DNA of 20,000 nucleotides from an uncultured virus (IMG/VR IMGVR_UViG_3300018417_002450) (IMGVR_UViG_3300018417_002450), one strand, 5' to 3'; positions 1 through 5,904 are shown, counted from the stretch's first letter. A program made the numbers and translations. The notes: a model not told the origin generated them from the letters alone.

Positions 1-512
1 GAAGCTTTATTATCATATTGATTTTGTAGCGCATCCCTTTTATTATCAAAACGCTCTTCAGCATTTTGAATTACTTGTCTTACGTCTGCTTCTGTATCAC
101 GCACGAGCTTTTCGACACGGCGAACCTGCGAGTCCATGTTGTTAATCTGATCTCTCATATCAACTTTATTTTCTCGTGTGCGTTTTTCTAGATCATCTAA
201 TTGTTTTTGGATAGAAGCAATTTGTACTTCGAGTTCGGACTGCACATTGCCGACCAAAGTTTCGATTTCGTTATTTCGTGTTGTAATTGCATCAACATCG
301 ATATTTTGGACAATTTCTTTCATGTCCGTGTAGTCTTTGTATACCTCAAACGCCCCGTATAGGGATCCGCCAATCGCGCCAAGTAGCGCAAAAGCAGCAC
401 CGATCGTAGTTGGTGTCATAGAAATACCAAATAACTTAAACTTGGTATTCTTTAATTTTTCAACTTCTTCGTCAAACTGTTCGAGGCCATCCCCTAGGTC
501 TTTACCGGCCAT
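1..512 (-). CDS. Membrane-anchored coiled-coil protein, partial (runs off left edge; not in supplied ORF track)
   Basis: ATG at 512-510 with AGGAG RBS just upstream. Manual translation MAGKDLGDGLEQFDEEVEKLKNTKFKLFGISMTPTTIGAAFALLGAIGGSLYGAFEVYKDY... stays open to position 1. One hydrophobic segment, then a long E/K/Q/R-rich heptad region. Confidence 0.85.
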   Translation of the reverse strand, partial: MAGKDLGDGLEQFDEEVEKLKNTKFKLFGISMTPTTIGAAFALLGAIGGSLYGAFEVYKDYTDMKEIVQNIDVDAITTRNNEIETLVGNVQSELEVQIASIQKQLDDLEKRTRENKVDMRDQINNMDSQVRRVEKLVRDTEADVRQVIQNAEERFDNKRDALQNQYDNKA

Positions 513-523
513 TCAAACTCCTA

Positions 524-946
524 TTAGTTTTCAAACACGTCGGTATCCTCACTAGACTCATTCAAACGACGAAGTTGCTCTAATTCTTGTTGTAATTTCA
601 AGACTTCGAGACGCTTCTTTCTCAATTCTAATTCATACAAATCGTTGCAATTAATTCTTTCTTTTGGCCCGTCAAGCGGAATAATAATTCTAGCATAAAC
701 ACCGACATCCCTACTGCTATCAATATCGCTTCCGCCATTAAAAGGACTATTATAATTATCAATAATACCGGTAACACCAAATTCTAAATTTGTAGAGCCA
801 CCGATTGAGTTTTTACAATCAATGTCACCTGAGCGAATACTATCTTGTCCATAGGACTGACCCATATTGGGTAATTGCAATCCAATATTGTCTGCCCACG
901 CTGCTGGACTAAATAGTACCACCGCTAATAATATATATCTTTTCAT
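524..946 (-). CDS. Exported protein: signal peptide, Cys-bracketed amphipathic beta-hairpin, C-terminal coiled coil
   Basis: MKRYILLAVVLFSPAAWA signal peptide. DC...NLEFGVTG...VGVYARIIIPL...NC, then LELRKKRLEVLKLQQELEQLRRL. Start overlaps the upstream stop by 1 nt. Confidence 0.8.
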   Translation of the reverse strand: MKRYILLAVVLFSPAAWADNIGLQLPNMGQSYGQDSIRSGDIDCKNSIGGSTNLEFGVTGIIDNYNSPFNGGSDIDSSRDVGVYARIIIPLDGPKERINCNDLYELELRKKRLEVLKLQQELEQLRRLNESSEDTDVFEN

Positions 947-1347
947 TAATCTTCACCGGATCTTTTCACCTTAGAACAAATTCTAGATGAAACTGCCGTC
1001 CTTGTCATGTTGCTCTTACGTAGTTTAGACTTTGAGCATATATATCTCACCTTATATTTATCATCCACTCGTATATAAACATCAAAAGATACTGTACTTA
1101 AGTACGGAACTTTCCATATTTTATAATTGGAAACAAATTTAACGGGTTCCCAATTATCATCATATACGCCAATTTCATAATATTCAACTTCAGGTCTTTT
1201 ATTAAACATAGTCATAGTTGTCGTATAAAGACCATCCATGTACGACTGTTTTAATTTTGGGTACGTTGGTACCATCTCATGCGCGCTAGCTTTACTAACA
1301 ACTAGTAAACCATATAATATAATAGCTAGCGCAAACAAATATCTCAT
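946..1347 (-). CDS. Exported Ig-like protein, possible single-domain fimbrial chaperone-like protein
   Basis: Signal peptide ending ASA. Beta-rich pattern (TMTMFN, YYEIGVYD, VSFDVYI, YIC...RIC) reminiscent of a pilus chaperone N-domain. GAGG RBS. Lies directly after the pilin-like gene. Function is inferred. Confidence 0.6.
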   Translation of the reverse strand: MRYLFALAIILYGLLVVSKASAHEMVPTYPKLKQSYMDGLYTTTMTMFNKRPEVEYYEIGVYDDNWEPVKFVSNYKIWKVPYLSTVSFDVYIRVDDKYKVRYICSKSKLRKSNMTRTAVSSRICSKVKRSGED

Positions 1348-1366
1348 AGCAAATACCTCAGCTTAA

Positions 1367-1876
1367 TTATTGAGCGATACACTCAGCTTGTACTATTGCC
1401 GTGTAATTACCGCCTGGGAACGCTTTGTTGCCACCCATAACCGCAACCGATGAAGTTGTAAACCATGTTGAACCAGTTGCCGTCATATCATAACGATCCA
1501 TCATACCGATTTCTACTTTATTTGTTTCGTAATCGGCCATATTAGTGGCATCTGACAATGAGTCAACTTCAGTATCTCCAGTCCATGTAATTACATCTGG
1601 AAGATTAGGAGATGATGAAAACTCTGAAGGTGCAGTAATTTCAACGTAGTAAGCATTTGCTAAAGATACGTCAACACGAATTCTTGCATCCTCACCACCA
1701 TCTGAAGCAGAAGTGGTTAGTGTATAAGCGTTTGGGTTGGCATAAGTACCAGATGTATCAGTTTGAATAATACATCGTGATTGTACTGTACCGTTAATTG
1801 GTGTATCTGCAGCTAAAGCTATTCCACACGACGTGAATAACGCACCTACAGTTACTGCTAAATTTAATTTGAACAT
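1367..1876 (-). CDS. Exported pilin/fimbrial-subunit-like protein
   Basis: Signal peptide ending ALA. Mature N-terminus INGTVQSRCII and C-terminus FPGGNYTAIVQAECIAQ resemble the first and last strands of chaperone-usher/Csu-type pilins. Thr/Ser/Ala-rich. AAGGAG RBS. Confidence 0.65.
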   Translation of the reverse strand: MFKLNLAVTVGALFTSCGIALAADTPINGTVQSRCIIQTDTSGTYANPNAYTLTTSASDGGEDARIRVDVSLANAYYVEITAPSEFSSSPNLPDVITWTGDTEVDSLSDATNMADYETNKVEIGMMDRYDMTATGSTWFTTSSVAVMGGNKAFPGGNYTAIVQAECIAQ

Positions 1877-1887
1877 AGAAATTCTCC

Positions 1888-2817
1888 TTATTGTCCTGTA
1901 CTTAGTTTATATTGCATATCAATCATTTGTTGATGTAAAAGTTGTTGGGCAAGTCCATTACGTAAACCACTTTGGTTTTCAGGAAGTTTGGTATCTAATA
2001 AAACAACAGTATCATTATATGTACCACCCGGAATTTCTGCACTATAATAAGTTTGCATATTTAAATTTACCGCGTCTGTCATTTGACCCCTCGCAAAAGC
2101 CAACGCGAACAGCTCGGCACGGCCAGCTTCAAACATTGCCTTTTCTAATCGGTCGTTCCTTTCACGTTCTTCTTCATCAAGCTCTGCTAGCTTTTCATCT
2201 TCCGTCTTTTCATCTTCCTGTAATTCTTCTTCTTCATAACTATATTGTTCACGATCTGCGTCACCTTCAGCAAAGGCATCGTAGATTTCATAATCAATTT
2301 CTGGTGGTTCCACATATGGAACCTCGTAACCTGGGCAGTTCGGATCAAACTGCGGGTTGTAACATGGATCGACTCTATAAGTGTAGATTACACTAGGATT
2401 TTCTACAGATCCATTACCTTGTACATCTATTTCTCCGTCACCCCAAAGATCACGGGGTAAATTACCAACAGGTATTACTTTACGTACTTCCTGTCCTGAT
2501 GGCGATGTAGGAGACCAATCTTCTCGATCTCTAAAAACATATTGGTCAGTTGAACCAGCCAATCTGTTTTGAACATATACTGTAACAGCTTCACCATCTT
2601 CTTTAATAATAGTATAACTATACAATACGTTCTGAATATCTAATCCTGGAGGTGTAGGCAATACGCTGCCCATAGACCATGATAGTCCATTTGCAGCAGC
2701 ATTTGGTGTAGCTCCGTAGTAAGGCTTAATACTCTCAGAGTAAGAGTAAGAAGGCCAAAATACCAAGCCCAGCAAAAGGAGCGTTATCTTTAACGCCTTG
2801 TTTGAAATCGACACCAC
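1888..2817 (-). CDS. Exported protein with beta-rich N-domain, DPCYNPQFDPNCPGY motif and acidic linker
   Basis: GTG start with AGAGGA RBS at 2823-2828. Hydrophobic signal LLLLGLVFWPSYSYS. Overlaps the upstream gene by 83 nt, so the exact start is uncertain. Confidence 0.75.
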   Translation of the reverse strand: MVSISNKALKITLLLLGLVFWPSYSYSESIKPYYGATPNAAANGLSWSMGSVLPTPPGLDIQNVLYSYTIIKEDGEAVTVYVQNRLAGSTDQYVFRDREDWSPTSPSGQEVRKVIPVGNLPRDLWGDGEIDVQGNGSVENPSVIYTYRVDPCYNPQFDPNCPGYEVPYVEPPEIDYEIYDAFAEGDADREQYSYEEEELQEDEKTEDEKLAELDEEERERNDRLEKAMFEAGRAELFALAFARGQMTDAVNLNMQTYYSAEIPGGTYNDTVVLLDTKLPENQSGLRNGLAQQLLHQQMIDMQYKLSTGQ

Positions 2818-3298
2818 CAGTTTCCTCTTTTATTTTCTCTTCGTGTGTTTCCCATCCTAATTTAGCAGCTTCACCAATTTGTCCATCGTATGGGCATGGT
2901 GTTCCAGCTTGCATCATAGCGTCAAAAACATTTTCATCTTGACACATTACAGATACAGCAGCAACTTTCATTCCCATATCATATAAAACTTTCGCATTCT
3001 TTAAACGCTTACAATTTTCTTCTGTAAACGTTCCACCACCACTAATACCCAAAATTTGGGTTTGCACCGCAGCAGCCACACCAATAGTACACAAATCGTT
3101 ATTGTTTCCAGCACTAAATTGGGGGGAAACTGCAGATGGTGGCGGTTGAACTATTGTTGTTGTCATCTCTCCATTAGACGTAATAGTACTATCTGTGCCC
3201 GATTGAGTACATACATACCCTGTCGGACAATCCGGAACTTCTTGAGCCACTGCAGCAGACCCAAGAAACAACATACAAAGTAATAACAAAAAGCGCAT
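2735..3298 (-). CDS. Exported Cys-rich protein with beta-hairpin and C-terminal membrane anchor
   Basis: GGAGGA RBS (3305-3310). Signal peptide MRFLLLLCMLFLGSAAVA. C-TIGVAAAVQTQILGISGGGTF-TEENC hairpin, MCQ...GTPCP, C-terminal AGLGILAFLLLL. Confidence 0.8.
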   Translation of the reverse strand: MRFLLLLCMLFLGSAAVAQEVPDCPTGYVCTQSGTDSTITSNGEMTTTIVQPPPSAVSPQFSAGNNNDLCTIGVAAAVQTQILGISGGGTFTEENCKRLKNAKVLYDMGMKVAAVSVMCQDENVFDAMMQAGTPCPYDGQIGEAAKLGWETHEEKIKEETGGVDFKQGVKDNAPFAGLGILAFLLLL

Positions 3299-3346
3299 CG
3301 TTTATCCTCCAAAAAAACATGAATATAACTTCAATTCATTCAATGT

Positions 3347-3354
3347 TATTTATA
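3347..3354 (-). promoter_or_regulatory. T4-type late promoter (TATAAATA) for the leftward operon
   Basis: TATTTATA on + strand reads TATAAATA on - strand, about 50 nt upstream of the ATG at 3298. Confidence 0.75.
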
Positions 3355-3368
3355 TGAATGCAACTGAG

Positions 3369-3435
3369 AATAAATACTCTCATATGTGTATTTATTTGAC
3401 GGTTAATTTCTGCTGTCAAAAATTTGACAGTTAAT
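3369..3435. repeat. Cluster of inverted and direct repeats in divergent intergenic region (operator-like)
   Basis: AATAAATAC(3369-77)/GTATTTATT(3388-96) inverted repeat. CTGTCAAA-AA-TTTGACAG palindrome (3413-3430). ATTTGACGGTTAAT (3394-3407) vs ATTTGACAGTTAAT (3422-3435) direct repeat. Confidence 0.7.
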
Positions 3436-3451
3436 ATGTACAATATACACT

Positions 3452-3459
3452 TATAAATA
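3452..3459 (+). promoter_or_regulatory. T4-type late promoter (TATAAATA)
   Basis: Exact TATAAATA about 55 nt upstream of the nuclease ATG. Confidence 0.7.
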
Positions 3460-3513
3460 TTCTTGTGATTTCTTTGCCATGATAATAATAATAACGCTAA
3501 GGTGGAGGAACAC

Positions 3514-3993
3514 ATGGCAACGCAAAATGAATATGACGTAACAGTCGTTAAAGTAGTTGATGGTGATACTGTAGATGTAGATATTGATCTAGGTTTTGGT
3601 ATCTGCCTTAAAGACGAAAGAGTTCGAATTATGGGTATTGATACACCCGAAAGTAGAACATCAGATAGAGTAGAAAAGCTCTTCGGTAAAGCATCTTCTA
3701 AAAGATTAGGTGAATTATTAGAAGAAGGTGCAAAACTCATTACTACCGAAGATAAATCAGGTGAAGATATGAAGGGTAAGTTTGGTCGTATCCTTGGCGA
3801 TTTTCGCGCTGCAGATGGCCGCTTGGTGACTGACATCATGATCGAAGAAGGTCATTGTGTACCTTATTTTGGTGGATCTAAAGATGAGATTCAAATGAAG
3901 CATATGGCAAATAGAGAAAAGCTTCTAAGAGAAGGTATTGTCGATCGTGAAGATTACGACAAAATGGTAATAGCCGAAGCCAACGAAAAATAA
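3514..3993 (+). CDS. Thermonuclease (staphylococcal nuclease, SNase-like) family protein
   Basis: Motifs VVKVVDGDTV, VRIMGIDTPE, GKFGRILG. GGAGG RBS at 3504-3508 favours ATG 3514 over the track's 3502. Confidence 0.9.
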   Translation: MATQNEYDVTVVKVVDGDTVDVDIDLGFGICLKDERVRIMGIDTPESRTSDRVEKLFGKASSKRLGELLEEGAKLITTEDKSGEDMKGKFGRILGDFRAADGRLVTDIMIEEGHCVPYFGGSKDEIQMKHMANREKLLREGIVDREDYDKMVIAEANEK

Positions 3994-3997
3994 TTTC

Positions 3998-4010
3998 TAA
4001 GCCATTGATT
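3998..4010. promoter_or_regulatory. IHF consensus binding site
   Basis: TAAGCCATTGATT matches YAANNNNTTGATW exactly and lies 18 nt upstream of a sigma70 -35 box. Confidence 0.55.
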
Positions 4011-4028
4011 TGTAAGGAAACGTTTTTG

Positions 4029-4058
4029 TTGACATTTCCTTCAAATCTGTGGTATAAT
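4029..4058 (+). promoter_or_regulatory. sigma70-type early promoter
   Basis: TTGACA (4029-34), 18 nt spacer, TATAAT (4053-58), with extended -10 TG. Confidence 0.85.
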
Positions 4059-4086
4059 ATACATATATTCAAATGGAGATGTATGT

Positions 4087-4506
4087 ATGAATATGGTAGA
4101 AGTCAAAGGTGGTCCTGCTAAAGAACGGGAAATCGTTGAGCAAACCGTGTACTGGTGTATTAAGAAATTAATGCCAAGAGTTCGCACTTTAGATATTGAA
4201 GTCAAATTGACAAAGTGTGACGCATATGGCTATTGCTTAATGACTGACAATCATAAAACATTTGAGTTAGAAATTCGTAAAGGAATGAACTTATACGATT
4301 TAATTAGTACTGTTTGCCACGAAATGGTTCATGTTAAGCAATACTATCGTAAAGAAATGGATGATGATAGCAATCGTTGGAAGTCTAAGCAATTAGGTGA
4401 TATGAATTATGTGGATCGTCCTTGGGAAAAAGAAGCATTTCGTATGGAAGAAAAATTGGCTGTTGAATGCTTCAAAAATATTGCAATAAATTTTGCAAAA
4501 AAGTGA
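4087..4506 (+). CDS. Zincin-like metallopeptidase domain protein (HExxH)
   Basis: TVCHEMVHVKQY and downstream PWEKEA motif. GGAG RBS at 4075-78. Confidence 0.8.
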   Translation: MNMVEVKGGPAKEREIVEQTVYWCIKKLMPRVRTLDIEVKLTKCDAYGYCLMTDNHKTFELEIRKGMNLYDLISTVCHEMVHVKQYYRKEMDDDSNRWKSKQLGDMNYVDRPWEKEAFRMEEKLAVECFKNIAINFAKK

Positions 4507-4526
4507 AAAAAAGTGAAAAAAAGGGT
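4497..4526 (+). repeat. 10-bp-phased A-tract repeat (UP-element-like)
   Basis: AAAAAAGTGA AAAAAAGTGA AAAAAAGGGT directly abutting the -35 box. Confidence 0.7.
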
Positions 4527-4553
4527 TGACATTTCGTAGAAAAGGTATATATT
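4526..4553 (+). promoter_or_regulatory. sigma70-type promoter driving the structured RNA
   Basis: TTGACA (4526-31), 16 nt spacer, TATATT (4548-53). Shares GTTGACATTTC with the 4029 promoter. No protein start follows. Confidence 0.7.
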
Positions 4554-4561
4554 AATAATAT

Positions 4562-4910
4562 AAGGAATGAGGGAATAGGCCACGACGCTATCACCTTCGG
4601 GTAAAAAAGCATGACGGTAACGAATCTTATTCCTTTTATCTGGTGAATATACCGCCCGTGAAATACCGGTGACGTGAAACCCAGATAGTCTGTAGCCTGG
4701 CGCAGACGTTAAACTTCGCCCAGGTAGCAATTCAAAGTTTTCACTCGACGGAGTGAGATTGTGGTGACTGAATAATCCCTTACAAACGGGGATAAGGTAA
4801 TATCGAAGGATCTTAGCGGATCGCCTTAGCGGGTGCAGGTAGGTACGGGCCGAGTCGGACAGGTAGTTTGTCAGTGGCGCTGTTGAAGGAAAACCTAATC
4901 CTTCCCACAC
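4562..4910 (+). ncRNA. Large structured non-coding RNA A (~350 nt), family unassigned
   Basis: GC-richer, no + strand ORF, own promoter. More than 10 helices found by eye, e.g. 4562-71/4626-35, 4637-43/4681-87, 4688-93/4702-07, 4711-16/4735-40, 4741-46/4751-56, 4760-64/4905-09, 4885-90/4899-4904. Two loop pairings and a cUUCGg loop. Confidence 0.7.
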
Positions 4911-4916
4911 ATTTAT

Positions 4917-4924
4917 TATAAATA
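4917..4924 (+). promoter_or_regulatory. T4-type late promoter (TATAAATA)
   Basis: Exact box 27 nt upstream of ATG 4952 (GAGG RBS). Confidence 0.75.
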
Positions 4925-4951
4925 GTGGTATGAACACTAAAGAGGAATAAA

Positions 4952-5221
4952 ATGCCAGTTACAGCAAATACAGATCTAACCGCGTTAACCGTTGCTCAAA
5001 TTAATGAATTACTAGACGACGCAGGATCTGAAATTATAGTTGATGGTGCTACCTATATTGGTAGAAATGCTTCTGATGAATATCAGTGGGAAGTAACTTA
5101 TGACTCTCCACAAGCAAATGCATATGTCACGAATCATGCTTTTGTTGATGTTCATTTAGATGGCGAACCATTTATAGCATTAAATGATTTGGTAGAAGAA
5201 GACGATATTTTTGCTGAATAA
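4952..5221 (+). CDS. Small, extremely acidic hypothetical protein (89 aa)
   Basis: AGAGGA RBS and late promoter. 19 Asp/Glu, 1 Arg, 0 Lys. Confidence 0.8.
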   Translation: MPVTANTDLTALTVAQINELLDDAGSEIIVDGATYIGRNASDEYQWEVTYDSPQANAYVTNHAFVDVHLDGEPFIALNDLVEEDDIFAE

Positions 5222-5226
5222 GAATT

Positions 5227-5492
5227 CTCTGAGGCAGCGGCGACAATTATAAGAGCGCCAGTCTAAAACTCAGAGCAGACGATGTGACTTAGGTCGTTAT
5301 ATCATTTGTCTGATACGCGGTAACGACCTATGCCTGAATTGCCCGTCGGTTCAGGAAGAAATCTAAATACGTGCTCATTGCACACGAGACGTATAGGGCG
5401 GGCCATATTTGAGATAGGCAAATCCCAAGGCAACCACGCCGCCTATCAATCGGCAGAGTAAGACTCGGATTAACAATGGGTGTCACTCAGAC
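5227..5492 (+). ncRNA. Multi-pseudoknot non-coding RNA B (~265 nt), family unassigned
   Basis: Helices 5227-33/5269-75, 5276-82/5306-12, 5333-38/5350-55, 5367-72/5389-94, 5413-19/5441-47. Loop pairings 5290-99/5321-30 (10 bp perfect), 5341-47/5397-5403, 5421-25/5467-71. Ends at a terminator. Confidence 0.7.
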
Positions 5493-5495
5493 GAG

Positions 5496-5524
5496 AAAGG
5501 GAGAGCTTCGGCTCTCCCTTTTTT
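5496..5524 (+). terminator. Rho-independent terminator, possibly bidirectional
   Basis: AAAGGGAGAGC-TTCG-GCTCTCCCTTT then T-tract, between convergent transcripts. Confidence 0.92.
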
Positions 5525-5526
5525 AT

Positions 5527-5838
5527 TTACTTACGAATAGCGTCAGCACCAAAGAAGGCTGCAACTAAAGCTGAAATAGCAACAAAATATGTTGGAGCAA
5601 TATCACCAACAATAGCTGCTGCAGTATCTAAACCAAAATATGATGTTAAGACAATTGCAAATGGATAGAGTAGCATGCCAAATAAAGCAAACCATGTCAT
5701 TCCACGCATCGCATCCCGCTGTGCGTCTTTATCTTCTAATTCTTTTCTTTTAAATTCAAGATACATTTCGCGCTCAACGTCGTCTACAACGCCATCGCCA
5801 TTTGTATCTGCTGGATGATAACTTTTATCTTCAGCCAT
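5527..5838 (-). CDS. Small two-TM membrane protein with N-terminal EF-hand-like loop (holin-like size and topology)
   Basis: DTNGDGVVDDVE loop. Hydrophobic segments WFALFGMLLYPFAIVL and YFVAISALVAAFFG. AGGAG RBS. Confidence 0.75.
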   Translation of the reverse strand: MAEDKSYHPADTNGDGVVDDVEREMYLEFKRKELEDKDAQRDAMRGMTWFALFGMLLYPFAIVLTSYFGLDTAAAIVGDIAPTYFVAISALVAAFFGADAIRK

Positions 5839-5888
5839 TTTAGTCTCCTATATTATTAAAATCAAACATGCCGAAGAATTCACCTAAC

Positions 5889-5900
5889 TATTTATAAATA
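5889..5900. promoter_or_regulatory. Overlapping divergent T4-type late promoters
   Basis: Palindromic TATTTATAAATA gives TATAAATA on - (5889-96) and on + (5893-5900), between divergent genes. Confidence 0.8.
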
Positions 5901-5904
5901 TACT

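Noticed and set aside
337..3283. Plus-strand ORFs 337-555, 1833-2396, 2245-2460, 3056-3283
   Set aside because: Shadow frames antisense to well-supported minus-strand genes, without RBS or recognisable motifs.
4497..4526. CRISPR-like or iteron repeat array
   Set aside because: Only three 10-bp A-rich units with no spacers, better explained as a promoter UP element. No CRISPR array was seen anywhere in the window.
4407..4937. 176-aa minus-strand ORF over RNA A
   Set aside because: Antisense to a promoter-driven structured region, overlaps the peptidase gene, atypical composition, no RBS.
4562..5492. tmRNA, RNase P RNA or tRNA as the identity of the structured regions
   Set aside because: No tRNA-like acceptor/T-arm with a CCA end, no ANDN...AA-type tag frame, no GAGGAAAGUCC RNase P signature, and no cloverleaf found.
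4562..5492. Group I/II intron or mobile element carrying an internal ORF
   Set aside because: No interrupted host gene on the flanks and no convincing P7 or domain V. The internal ORF has no LAGLIDADG, GIY-YIG, HNH or RT motif.
5227..5492. Hammerhead or HDV-like self-cleaving ribozyme
   Set aside because: No CUGANGA...GAAA core, and I could not thread the HDV nested double-pseudoknot by eye. Not formally excluded without a descriptor search.
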